In this document: positions 14,835 to 29,287 of the stretch, piece after piece
How the letters are laid out: each line of letters opens with the position of its first letter
Position numbering within the stretch: the stretch's first letter is position 1
From: Lytechinus pictus
Taxonomy: Eukaryota
DNA length: 64,000 nt
Reading direction: 5' to 3'
Assembly (NCBI RefSeq): GCF_037042905.1
Contig: NC_087245.1
Location: 36,644,001-36,708,000, forward strand
Made by a program: the position numbers and the translations under genes
The notes under the pieces: generated by a model
What the model was told of the DNA's origin: nothing
Seen by the model: only the letters and a program-made list of their open reading frames with translations
Database searches by the model: none

Positions 14835-16385
14835 ATCCACTTGGTCTGCTAGAAGTCTAATTCTCAGATCATTCAACACTATCATGGCTAAACCCACTTG
14901 GTCTACTAGCAGATGGTCTAATTCTCAGACAATCCAACACCATCATGGCTAAACCCACTTGGTCTACTAGAGGATGGTCTAATTCCCAGATCATCCAACA
15001 CCATCATGGCTAAACCCACTTGGTCTACTAGCAGATGGTCTAATTCTCAGATCATCCAACACCATCATGGCTGAACACACTTGGTCTACTAGCAGATGGT
15101 CAATTCCCAGATCATCCAACACCATCATGGCTAAACCCACTTGGTCCACTAGCAGATGGTCTAATTCTCAGATCATCTAACACAATCATGGGTAATCCCA
15201 CTTGGTCTACTAGCAGATGGTCTTATTCTCAGATCATCCAACACCATCATGGCTAAACCCACTTGGTCCACTAGCAGATGGTCTTATTCTCAGATCATCT
15301 AACACAATCATGGGTAATCCCACTTGGTCTACTAGCAGATGGTCTAATTCTCAGATAATCCAACACCATCATGGCTTAACCCACTTGGTTTACTAGCAGA
15401 TGGTCAATTCCCAGATCATCCAACACCATCATGGCTAAACCCACTTGGTCCACTAGCAGATGGTCTAATTCTCAGATCCTCCAACACCATCATGGCTAAA
15501 CCCACTTGGTTTACTAGCAGATGGTCTAATTCTCAGATAATCCAACACCATTATGGCTAAACCCACTTGGTCAACTAGCAGATGGTCTAATTCTCAGATC
15601 ATCTAACACCATCATGGCTTAACCCACTTGGTCTACTAGCAGATGGTCTAATTCTCAGATCATCCAAAACCATCATGGCTAAACCCACTTGGTCTACTAG
15701 CAGATGGTCTAATTCCTAGATCATCCAACACCATCTAGGCTAAACCCACTTGGTCCACTAGCAGATGGTCTAATTCTCAGATTATTCAACGCCATCATGG
15801 CTAAACCCAATTGGTCTACTAGCAGATGGTCTTATTCTCAGATCATCCAACACCATCATGGCTAAACCCACTTGGTCCACTAGCAGATGGTCTAATTCTC
15901 AGATTATCCAACACCATCATGGCTTAACCCACTTGGTCTACTAGCAGATGGTCTAATTCTCAGATCATCCAACACCATCATGGCTAAACCCACTTGGTCT
16001 ACTAGCAGATGGTCTAATTCTCAGATCATCCAACACCATCATGGCTAAACCCATTTGGTCTACTAGCAGATGGTCTTATTCTCAGATTATCCAACACCAT
16101 CATGGCTAAACCCACTTGGTTTACTAGCAGATGGTCTAATTCTCAGATAATCCAACACCATCATGGCTTAACCCACTTGGTCTACTAGCAGATGGTCTAA
16201 TTCTCAGATCATCCAACACCATCATGGCTAAACCCACTTGGTCTACTAGCAGATGGTCTATATTCTCAGACAATCCAACACCATCATGGCTAAACCCACT
16301 TGGTCTACTAGCAGTTGGTCTACTAGCAGATGGTCTAATGCTCAGATCATCCAACATCATCATGGCTAAACCCACTTGGTCCACT
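14835..16385. repeat. Minisatellite, about 25 copies of a ~61-bp unit
   Basis: Unit cccacttggtctactagcagatggtctaattctcagatcatccaacaccatcatggctaaa; no spacers. Confidence 0.96.
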
Positions 16386-18621
16386 TTTCAATTGGTCTTA
16401 TAACCGTTTGGTCTGACTTTCACTCGGACGAAAGTAAATGGGCAAAATAGAAATAAGACCAAACAGTTAGTAGATGAACTTTTGTAGATGAGCTGGGATA
16501 AGCGATTAGACCATGCTTTTCTCACAGGTACAATTTTCCTTAACCATGTAATATAGGGGGGGGGGGGCAAATGGCAAGAAGCCCCACCTATATAATGGCT
16601 AAGCATAGCCCACTTTCTTTTCTCACATCATTTCACAAAGTGAGCTAACCCCACTTATAACTCAGGATTATTCGGCCCTGCAAATTAGCAGAGTGAGCCC
16701 AGCAATTGCTCAAGAAACCAAGCCAAGCCAAGGAAGGTGCTTGATGTATGCCCTAGGGGCAATGGAACCCGCGCTGTTGTCCATTCAGAGATAAGCGCTA
16801 ATGAATGGCTACCACTAGTCCGGGATTACTGAATTTTGTGTGACGAAAGCAAGCGTTTCCTTAGCCGGGCGTGTGAGGGAAGGAAAAATCATAGAACGGG
16901 GTTGAGAAAACGTTGTGATAAAGTTCTAGAAGTGGGTTTAGACAAAGTGGAAGTTTGAAAATAAAATATCACAAATAGTATGTACATTTTTTATAAGATG
17001 AACCAAGATCAAGGGCATAAAATGACACTGCATTATTAGCACCACTAACATAGGGCTAAACACATAGATCTTCCTTCTCATTGGTCAATAAATATAGTTT
17101 TAAAAATGAGATAAAATAATGGAACAGAAACCATTTCAGAAAATCAAACTAAAAAAATTGTGTCAACAAAATAGTGGTACTTGTTGATTTCAAAACATAT
17201 ATCGTTCAGCAAGGTGATCTTTAAAAGAATATATGCCATACATAAAAAAATCTTTGTCATCTAAACTAATCCCCAAAGGAGAAAAAATATCACGAATAAA
17301 TGAAGCAAATCTTACTAACTATAGTATATATCTCATTACAAAGCTGCATGATTTGATTTTTGAAAATTTGAGCTGCATAAAAACCTTTGGCATACTATAA
17401 CATCCTTGTGCTAGAGCAACCACTTCATAGATATACATTATAGTAATATTATTGAAAGATAATATCACAAGTTTGTTACTGTCATTGTGACATTTATCAT
17501 TTATAATCATGGAACTCACTTCTCCTTAACATCTCATTCCTTTCTCAGTTCCTATAAAGTAGCACTTCAGATGTATCTCTTCCTGATTTTCACAGTTAAT
17601 TTGTCCGTAGTTAAGTTTTTATTTAAGTTATTTAAGGTTATTACATTGGTTGTCAAGTTATTCAAATTAGTTCAGTTAGATAAGTATAAATTGAGTTAAG
17701 TTGATTAAGTCAAGTAGTTAGGTTTTGTATTGTAAAGAGATTAGAGAAATTTCTAAAGGTGCCATATAAATATTGAATTATTATCATCATAATTATTATT
17801 AATACAAAAAGTGTTTACTTCTCAAGAATTTCACAGGATAGTTGATGGAAAATTGAGGCTTTTTCACAGTGATTGTGACTAAAACTCAAGCTTGTGATAT
17901 AATATATTTCACTACACATAATCACCTAAGAGCATATATCGCTTCCAGTGTAACTACAAATAATGCACATTCTGAGCCATACCAGTCAAATAATTTTGAA
18001 CCATTACAATATCATCTGTTCATGCTTGGCTTATAAAGGCAGTATGCAGAAAACTCACATGAAATAACAGCCCATATTACATTTTATCATATTTGAACAC
18101 TCTAGTATACAGACTTGTGAATCTTTTCAGGTATTAGTGATAGCATCTTGTACAAGACCACTCTAGCAGTCATTCAAACAACTGGTTTATTCGTGCAAAA
18201 AGCCATCTCTACTGAGCTGAAACAAAGTGATACTTCATGTAATATTTCGTACTCTGCTCAGATTTATCAGCTCTTAATAAAAATCTATGATTTAATTGTT
18301 CACACAACAAAAGCTGTCCGCAGAATGCTCACACGAAATTATATTTCACGTCACATTTCATACTCTTCTTAGATTTATTAGCTTGTACTGTAAGCATCTT
18401 GACCCCACACCACTCTAAAATCTAGAACCATTATAAAATGAATCTGTCCATAGGTGATATATCAAAGCTATCTACAGAATGCTCTCATGAAACTCATGAA
18501 ATACTTCATGTCACATTTCGTACTCTGCTCGGATCTATCAGCTGGTCCTGTAAAGATCTTGACCCAGATCACATTAGGTGATGTATGAAAGCTGTATGCA
18601 GAATGCTCATGGGAAATGATA

Positions 18622-18749
18622 TCAGCTGTTACTGTAAGCATCTTGACCAAGACCTGTCCAGCGATCGGGAACCAAAAGAAAGTACTTGTCCATGGCTTCC
18701 AAGAAACGGTTCCTGTAGATCTCGGGCGAAACAACCGTAGGCATCTTTC
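18622..18749 (-). CDS. PIKFYVE: PIKfyve last coding exon (GKMPTVVSPEIYRNRFLEAMDKYFLLVPDRWTGLGQDAYSNS*)
   Basis: ttgcag|GA; typical Fab1 C-terminus; TGA at 18624-18622. Confidence 0.95.
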
Positions 18750-21700
18750 CTGCAATAAATTGAAATTTACGATTTGCTTCATGAAAATGTGTGATTTACA
18801 GATCTATAGAAAAAAAATACTTATCCTGGGTAGTCATTAAAGGACAAGTCCACCCCAACAAATGTTGATTTGAATAAAGAGCTAAAAATCCGGGAAGTAT
18901 AACTGAAAATTTCACCAAAATCGAGTGTAAAATAAGAAAGTAATGATATTTCTAAATTTTGCTTAATTTCACAAAACATTAATATGGATATCCTGGTCGG
19001 TATGCAAATGAGGAGACTGATTACGTCACCCACTCACTATTTCTTTTGTATTTCATTGCATGGAATACGAAATATTCAAATTTTTTTTCCTCATTATCAT
19101 GTGAAACAGAGATTTATTCCTCCTGAACATGTGGCATTACTATTGTTTTAACCTTTCATGGTTCAGTCAAGTTGGTCCTTATCGTCAAATTTGTAAAAAT
19201 TTAAATATTGTATAATTCAAACAATAAAAAACAAAACAGAAGAAATTGTGAGTGAGGGACGTCATCAACTCTTCACTTGCATGTCACTGAGTTGTGCATA
19301 TATCTGTTTTGTGAAAAATAACTGAAAACTTTAAAATGTCATAATTTTCTTATTTTTCATCTGATTTTGATGAAAGTTTAAGCATTATGCTTGTTTGATT
19401 TTTCTCTATTTATTCAAATCAACATTTTTCTGGATGTGGACTTGCCCTTTGATACAAGGGATCATTGCATTACCTCCCACTTTGCTTTGAAATACAATGT
19501 ACCATCTACTGGGATTCCAGCATTCTACAGATACAAGCAAAAATTTGAACATTACATTCAAGATAAAATCATTATGCTTTACATATAATTGTAGCATTAT
19601 ATGATTATGAAGAAGTATTGGTTATTTAATTGATGATAACTTTTTGACAATTACCTGATGTCGATTTGACAAATGTTTCCAACTTTTTATCCCAAGTAAA
19701 AGTCCTGATAAAGTCTGAAAAAGAAAAATGCAAATTAATTTGAAAACAATCATTCCTAGTGCAGAATATTTCGTACAAAAAAATAAAAAAATCAAATTAC
19801 AATTGTAGAGACTAAGTGATGTTAGACCAAGTGAAATGGGTGTAGCACAGCTGGAAATTAGACAAAATGAGGTAGTTTTCTGTATGGATTCAAAAGGGTG
19901 GGGGGGGGGGGGGGCAAGCAGAGACAAATTCTACATACCGATGATGCCAATGACCAGTTCCTTTGTGTTTTCATCAAGACCTACAAGTAAGGAGTAATCC
20001 ATAACCAGATGGGAGGAAAGGAATTCTGTATCCGCTTTGATTGCCATCGCTAAGGCTGTCTTGCTATGCATTCGAATGTATAGAGGCGAATCTACAATGT
20101 CTGCAAAAGAAAACGAGAGATATACCGTGCATATATGTGAGTAGACCAATAAATGTAGAATGCATAACCCCCCAAAAATTCTAATTATAGAGGGCTGATT
20201 TATATGAAAACAACTCAAATTTACTGCATATGAGAAAAGCAACTACTTAGTTTTTCACCTCTGATGCTATGCATGGCTCAATAAATCTATGATAAAGGCC
20301 ACTTGATTTCTTTTTCTCAATGAAACTAGATAGATTCTCGACCGCACAGTCAAAATTTGTCTCCATTATTGCTAGATCAGAAATACATAACACATCTGTA
20401 ACTTTTCAACCTTCCTAATGATAATGACCTATGATCTTTGACACAGTGACCATGACCATCTAAATCTAACCAGATCATTGTCACTCCCATATGCAATATA
20501 TTCCTCCTAACTATTGTCAGTCCACCCTCATCTCTCTCTTTTCTTTTTTTTTACTGTTTCTCTCTTTTTAGGTAAATTTCTTTTTCTCTTTATTGTAACA
20601 TATTGACATTAAAACAAACTGACAATACTTATAAGTTATTTATAGGGAAACTATAAATTACAAGCTCTGCTTTTTAACAGTTTACCCTTCATATCCTCAT
20701 TTTATTAATATGTCTGTCTCCAATCTGAACTTTCAAATGTTATAACCATTGTCTTATTTATATTGAATTATTGTGATGTATTGTATTATTTTATCATTAA
20801 TGATTTATGAATTCTTGTTGGACATTGCATTGTATTATATTTTGTGAGATATGAAAAATAAACCAAACTGAAACTGAACTGAAGCAAAGTGAATCTCTCA
20901 AACAGTTATCTGGCCCTCCTCACAAACGGATACAATTTCCGAACTGACAGAGGAAAAAGCGATCTTACGTTTGAGTAAGTTCTCATCCAAAAGAACCAAG
21001 TCCTGCGTCTGGACCCCAGAAGTCTTGACATGTCGGTTCCTCACAGATCCTTTCAGATCAAAGACCTGGGCTATCCTACGTTTGTAGAACAGGTTCTCCT
21101 GGACTAGGAGATCCAGTTTCTGGGCAGTGTTGGTGACAGGATTCTGGAAGCCCACCTTGTAAAAGCCAAGGATCTTTGTCAAAGCTGTAGGTTTCTGAAA
21201 ATATGGATGATAGGAATACAAATAAATTCTAAACAAAGCAATACATGAATATGAAATTACTGACCAGGGGGATGTATATTAAGACTTAGTGTAAAGTTAG
21301 TCATGATTTTATAAATCAATTCAAGGAATATGAATGAAAGTGAAACAAAAGCTAAAATGAAGAAATGGCTTGAATCATCATCATTGCCATCATCATCATC
21401 ATCTTCTTCATTATCACCAACATCATCATAATCATCATTGCCATCATCATCATCATCATTATCATCATCATTGTCGTCATCATCATCATCGTCAGCATCG
21501 ATATCACCATTACTAACATAATCATCATCACCATCATCATCATCATTCCTGTTGGTTTCATCAAAACTGCAAGCACACTGTGGTTGGACTTGCACATTAT
21601 TCAAAGCAAGTTACAACATGGTTGGCTTTCCATAATTAAACTCGATTTGAATGCAAATTGTATAAGACAGGGCAATGGTAGAAGATGAACTTACATTATT

Positions 21701-23012
21701 TTCATGAGCTTTCTGGATGTATTGGAAGTAATGTGGTGCAAAATTGAGGAATGAATGGGCTTCAGACTTGGACATTTGTTTTAGAATCAACCGATCATCT
21801 ACAGGAAAAAAAAACAAAAAACAAAGTGAAATAAAATTATATCAAAACCTTTTTCACCTATTTTGGTAAAAAAAAGAGATAATTTGTTCACATTTGCCAT
21901 AAAACCATATACATAAGATGAAAGATTAAAATGTTTTAAACATACTTAATCAAGTTATATGACATGTTTGAATGAAAATGATCATTAAAATCCTTAAATT
22001 GGCAACGCGATGCACAGTTCTTTTTACATTTCTGGAACATACACTTCAATAGAAAAACAAAGTAACAATGAGAGAAAGTACGAATGTTGCCCATTTGAAA
22101 AATAAAAAAGATGAGGAAATGAGGCTTTGAATAAGCCATTGTCTCGGATGAGCTATGAGTTGTAACACCTACCATAAAAAAGAGTTATTAGGTGCTAATC
22201 AAAATCGTTTCATTATTTGTCTTTTGGTGCTCATTGTTGAAAACATGTGAAAAATACAAATCCAAGAGCAAAATATACCCCAGACGAACTTTAAGAGCCA
22301 CTCCATCGAATGTCCTAAATCATACTTTTTATGTACATAAAAACCTTTAGCCTTCTTTAAAATCGCAACCTAAAACGTCAATTGGGACCACAAAACATCC
22401 AATAGGAAAGAAATTTTCTTTTTTGTTTTGTGCTTGTACTCACCCATGGTCTTCATGAACTTTGACCCTGATTTGCCCCCTCTAGCCACCCACTGCATGC
22501 AACGAGACAAAGACCGGATGAAGACGTCCTCACCGACCGGGAAGATGATCTTCCGTAGCTCCTGGAATTGAGCAGCAAAATAAACACCACAGAAGAACTG
22601 TGTACTTGTCTCATCAGAGAATTCTGTGGACAAAATAAAAAGAAGATTATGAAGTTAGAGTGTCCAAACTTCTCTTTGAAGGATTTTTTTAATTGTAACA
22701 ATAGTTTCTTACCGAGTTCATGCCTACATGTTGCAAAGGAGGCACTTGAAGGAATATTTTAACCTTATGAATTAACATCATCTTAATGGCTGAAGCCATT
22801 GCTTTGCATGCGTTGGTGATCAGCAGCTGGTGCATTATGTGACAATTCCGTTTATGCATATTCTCATATCCTCATAGGGAGGGCGCCATGAGATTATGAT
22901 GTCACATGCGCATGGTCTATAGACATAGAGATGAGAGAAAGAGAGAGTCAGAGGAAGAGAGAAGGGAGAAGAGGAAGTAGAGATGTACATTCATGAACAG
23001 TGTATGGGATGA

Positions 23013-23049
<37 letters not shown>

Positions 23050-23098
23050 GAGATAGATAGAGAAGGTAGGTTGATAGATAGATAGATAGATATATAGA

Positions 23099-23134
<36 letters not shown>

Positions 23135-25821
23135 TTGATAGATAGAAAGATAGAAGAATAGAAAGAAAGAAAGATAGAAACAAACAGAAAGAGAGACGGA
23201 CAAAAATAAAGAAAGTCTAATGCTGACAGATAAGAAGGATACACACTGACCCAGAATCTCAGATATATACAAAGATGAGAGATAAAAACCAAGGTTAAGA
23301 GAGAGCAAGAGAGAGAGAGAGACAGAGAGATACATGTTCAATCATACACAGCCAGAAAAAAATGGGAGAAATGAAGTAGAGGCCGAAACAGAGAGAGAGA
23401 GAGAGAGAAGGACAAAGAAGGAGAGAGAGAAATACTAAAAGATGATAGAGAGATGTATACCAAGCCAAGAGAGAGTTAGGGTATAATGAGAGCAATAACT
23501 AGTCTGCTGTGCAAACCCTTCACTCGAGTAAAGGGTCTGAATTGCAGCCTACTCATGCCTTGTGTGCTGAAGGCCCTCACAGCAAGTTTTGTACGTGCTA
23601 GTCTTTGCGTGGAGACACACTTGTTGATCAAAGTTTCAATCAGGGTCTGTGCCTGCAGACTAAGCAAAAACAGAGAAAGACAGACAAAGAGTGAAAGAGC
23701 CAAACAAACACATGCACTGTTAAAAAAAAGATGAGTACTAGCATAGTGAATACATCGAAAGCTGCTGAGGTTACTCACGTAGTTCTATATGAGGCAAGGG
23801 TAGATCATCCAGCCTGTCATCTGGGTTTAGCCTCTCTGCATAAAAATATTAAAATGAAATAGAATCATCAATCAACCAGTGACATTTCATTATCTCATCC
23901 ATGCAATGTTAACTGGGCTTAAACTTTGACTCATGAAAAAAACAAAATATATATGCCGGTTTTGAGATCGTTACCACAGCTATTTAATCAAATATAACAT
24001 AAATGCAAAAGAAGGTCATGGGGAAGTAGATTTTGGAATGGTTAAACAGCAAATAGAAAAGGCAAAAGAAAAACCCATGGAACAGCTCCTCACATATCAG
24101 AACCATCAAGAACAAAGCAACAAAATCTACTTCCCCATGACCTTCTCTCCCGTAACAGCCAAGGTACCCCAAATAATTTCCCTATCTTACAACAGCCAAC
24201 ATCTACCCAAACCACCCAACCACCTCCTACCGCAGAGGGCGCACCCTACACAACCTCCTTGTCAGGGCTGGACACCCGTTCCCCACATCAAACCCCACCC
24301 TCACCAACACACCCAATGACCCCTCTGGCGTCTCCAAATGTAAATCACACAAATGCATCCTGCACAATCACATCACCAACACCACCAAATTCACAAGCAC
24401 TGTAACCAAACAAAATTACTCAATAACTTTGCACATCACATGCAAACCCACCTGGATAATATACCTGATCACATGCACCAAATGCAAAAAGCAATATGTT
24501 GGAAAAATTGAAACTACACTCTACACCCGATTCAACAACACACGATCCGAAATAAGAAACTCACCTCCCACAGCACAAAACACTCCCATACACCACTCAC
24601 TTCAACCTCCCCTCACACTCTATAGACAATGTTCACATCACCGGAATCAAATCAATCTGAAGTAGGTCACGTGACATCATACTCCACCGAGAATTATTCT
24701 GGATATCCAAACTCAAAACTTTGCAACCAAATGCTAAATGCAATATGTTGGAAAAACTGAAGCTACACTCTACATCCGATTCAACAACACACGATCCAAA
24801 ATAAGAATTTCTCCTCCCACAGCACAAAACACTCCAATACACCACTCACTTCAACCTCCCCTCACACTCTATAGACAACGTTCACATCACCGGAATCGAA
24901 TCAATCAAAAGTAGGTCACATGACATCATACTCCGAGAATCCTTCTGGATATCCAAACTCAAAACTTTGCAACCAAATGGCTCAATCCCCTAATGCACTT
25001 TCAACCCCCCCGCTCCCCTTTACCCTTTGACCCACTTCCGTTTCCCCCTCTAGGGTCAATGCACACGATCACCGCCCCAGATTTATTTATACATTCACCT
25101 ATATACACTTATATACAAACACCTGAACAGTCAAGCACTCACTCTTGAATTCAAGGTAAGAAGCTTACATTTTATTATATACAATTTACCACACACCAAA
25201 ATATATATATTTACATTACTGTTACACGTTGTGGAAATACTTTGTATTATCATTAGCTCTACAAAGTACATCTAGCTTTAAGTTTGATACGAATCTTATT
25301 TAAAGCGCGTGTGCATGAATAAGTAACTATGTGAAAGGATGCGCGAGAATGTGAAATGAATGTGTGTGATCGCGAGAATTCCTACGTGCTTACTTATGTG
25401 AATTTTAATATAACTACATATTTAAAACCAATATCCTTAAAAATAAACCACTTTTTTTTTATAATTCCATAACCGTTCACATAGAATCTGCCTAAACATA
25501 TATATGATAATATACAGTATATATATATTCTTTAAGACGTCTGTTTATAGATTTTCATGAGGCTGCTGCCAAATCATGATTGACTTCAACAACTTAAATT
25601 AGCCTTACTTAAGTTGTAGTAACCTCATTCTGTGTATACATATTCCGCAAATTTGTTTGTACGTTATGGCCACTTGTTTCTCTTGTACTTCAGATACCTG
25701 AAGAAGGCCCAATTATGGCCGAAAGCTTGTGATTAAACTTGATGAACTGAACCCCAGCCGGCTACGTCTCATAGCTTATTCTTGCTGTACTTATAGCATC
25801 CTCTCTCTCTCTCAAAAAAAA

Positions 25822-25852
<31 letters not shown>

Positions 25853-28800
25853 TATTTGACAAACCTTAAAAGTATCTTACTCTTATTGTGCTTACATTTA
25901 ACATTACCCCCCCCTTTTTTTCGTTTGATTGCTAGTGTTTGTTGGTATGATGTGTTGTTTGGATTATAATTTATTTCATTTTTATGTAATTGTTTCTTAA
26001 CACTTTCATTCTTTTGCTGGGAACTACCCTGTTTAAGTTCAAATTTATTTGAAGTTTGTTTTTCTCTGTTAATATATACCTATTTTTGCACATGTATATT
26101 GTAATATTTTTAGACTTGAGAAGAATAAATAAATGAACTGAAATGAATCATCTATCAGATGACATAGTTCTGCATGAAACTGGACAAGATCATGTGCAAT
26201 AAGACTAATAGGGGATACTACTATAACTACTACTACTATTAATAATAATAGTAATAATAATAATTAATATGCAACTTTTATGTAGCGCTTAAAAAATGTT
26301 TCTAAGCGCTGCATACTATTATCCCGGCTTTAGCACAGCTACCCTGATCGGACGCTCCAGCACTCAAGGAATTTCTTCCTACCGGGTACCCATTTACTAC
26401 ACCTGGGTGGAGAGTGGCAAATGTAGATTAACGCCTTGCCAAAGGACGCAAGTGCTATGGTGGGATTCGAACCCTGGATCTTGTGGTTCAAAGTCTGGAG
26501 ACTTATCCATTGAGCCAAACCTCTTTATAGACAAAGTGAATGTCCATCTTGTTTTCAAGGTCTGCTGTGACACACCTCCTGAACCCCTGTTACATAATTT
26601 ACACTGGCTCCCTTATTAGACAATGGATCATTTTTAATCTACTTCTGTTGGAAACAAATCACTTAATAACCTAGCCCAAAAATATTTGTCTGACTGTAGA
26701 GAAATTTATGTCCCATTTAGAAGAAATAGATCCTCTGAAGACCCACTTCAGTTGACATATCCAACTAAACGAAAACAGACCGGAGATAGAACATTCACTG
26801 TTGCATCCTCAATGGAATGGAACAAACTCCCTCTCACATTAAGACAATCCCGTTTTATATGCTTGTTGTCATTGTGTATTTGTTTTTGTATGTTTTAGGT
26901 ATATTAATTTGGTGAGCAGTTTGGACCATCTGGGGAAAAGCACATTATAGATATTGAGTCTTATTATATTATATCCCATCATACCTTGTGAGTCATTGTC
27001 TTCAGCGTCTATGGTGATAGAGGGTCCGCCATCTTTAGAGGCACCCTGGTTTGCCCCGCCCACATTCAGTGTCTTCGTCCGTTGGAACATCATCACCCCT
27101 TGACTGATGCGACCTGTGATCAAATTATTGAGATTATCCTTGAATTGCAGTAATACAGCAAAACAATGTACGGTAGCACGAAAAACCTGCACCGAATCTC
27201 AAGTGATAAGAAGAAAACAGGAACTAACGCAAGATTCAAACCATTTTTTTAAGACTTCATTTTCCTCGTAGCTTCCTTGGCTTGAGAAAAGACAATAGCA
27301 CACACAACAAAGAATAAAATCTATTGATCATAGGCCTAGATATTTCTATCCCCAATAATGATTACTCTAAACTTTCACAAGCTAACTAGCCAATCTTTTG
27401 AGACATATCCTTGCTCTCCAATCCTACACCCATCCTATCATCCTTTCCAGTCTTCAGGGAAATCTCTTGCACAATTCCATGGTCACTAGATACCTTGTTA
27501 AAAGTCTGGGCAGCGTCTTTTAGCAGGGACCCCGCTATACGGGTACTATGCAGCCTTACATAGGAAATCTTCTGCAGCAAACCTCAGTGGTTACCTTCTT
27601 TTCAAAGAAAACCATGTTTGATCAACTCACGTTTTAACTGTCCAATCTTACGTGACAGATCTTTGGTCTCAGGTCCTCCTCCCATCCTTCCATCCCCTGC
27701 AGCCTTTCTTCTGGTATGAGGACTGCTCTGTCCTGACTCGGGGTTACTGTTCCCCTGGGCTGACCCTAACGATGTTCCTCCTGGGGACAATCGTCCAGAG
27801 CCGCAGCGGGACTGCTGTACCTCGTATAGCTTGGTCTTGTATTGTTCTGAGCTGTTGAGAAGAACGTATTTATTACAAAAAAATATTGGCACAGATATGA
27901 AAGACCTGACCATATCGATGCAATGTCTGGGGTCTCTGGACCGGAGTCGCAACGGGACTCCTGTACTTCATATAGTTTGGTCTTGTGTTGTCCAGAGCCA
28001 TTGAGAAGAATGTACTTATGATCAAAAATATTACCCAGCTTTAGCACAGCTCTCCTAATCAAGTGCTTGAGCACTCAAGGAACTCCTTCCTACCGCGTAC
28101 CCCTTTACTACACCTGGGTGGAGAGTGGCAAATGCAGACAAATGCCTTGCCAAATGACGCAAGTGCCATGGTGGGATTCGAACCCCGGACCTTGTTGTTT
28201 AAAGTCCAGAGACTAATCCCCTGAGCCACAATGCCTCTATGAAAGTCAATGAAAGACTACCTGAGAGCATAAGCAAAGGACGTGAGTGCCATGGGGGAAT
28301 TCGAACCCCAGACCTTGTGGTTCAAAGTCCAGAGACCTATCCACTGAGCCACAGCGCCTCTATGAGAGTCAATGAAAGATTACCTGAGTGCATAGGCAAT
28401 GATGGAACTAGGCTCCTTGTCATAGACTATGATTGGTATGACACTGCACGGTGGGAGAGTATGATGCTCATCGGCTGGGCTGGAGAAAAAAAGAACAAGA
28501 ATACAAATAATTGAATTTAACTTGCAGTGTAGTCTGACTAAAACTAGATGGATTCTTCACTGAACACGGTCAAAATCTATACCTATGCCATTGCTAGATC
28601 TGAACTATACTGCAAAATTTTATTCTGATACTATGAAAACCATGAAATTAATCTAATCACATTGTTAATCTTGAGATTAAATCATGACATAAACAAGCCA
28701 TTCTCCAAAATAAAGATCATTGGCATTCTATATGCTCGTATACACAAACTGAAAGACGGAAGAATAAAACTATATGAGAGTTCTTGGTATGGATTTAGTT

Positions 28801-29249
28801 CCACTCCTCAACATCAGTGACTTAATTATCTACTCTTTACAAGTGCTAGGTGTGTCACTTACAAAGGTGTTTCTATCTGGGTGGATCCAGTGGGTTGCAA
28901 GAACTGATTGAGAAAACCTTTGACAGCTCCTGGCTTGGTCTTAGCCGGACTCCTACCATCAACCACATCTAAGGATTGGGTGAAGGACGATGCCACAGAG
29001 GTCACTGGCTCCTCAGCTGCAGCTTTGTTAATAGACAGGATATGAAAAAAAATGGGTGTCCTACTTCAGTGGTTCATGAAAATTCACTTTTACTGGAATT
29101 TTTCTTGTCTACCTACTTCTTCTATATATATGACTGGCATCTAATTTTCATGCTGTAAAAAATTATGAGAGTGGAGAGGGAACAGATACCTTTATTAATG
29201 TACCATTGATCATCATCACCATCATCTTTATATTTTTATCATCGTCATC

Positions 29250-29287
<38 letters not shown>

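Noticed and set aside
14835..16385. CRISPR-like regular repeat array
   Set aside because: Contiguous units with no unique spacers, no cas genes, eukaryotic context
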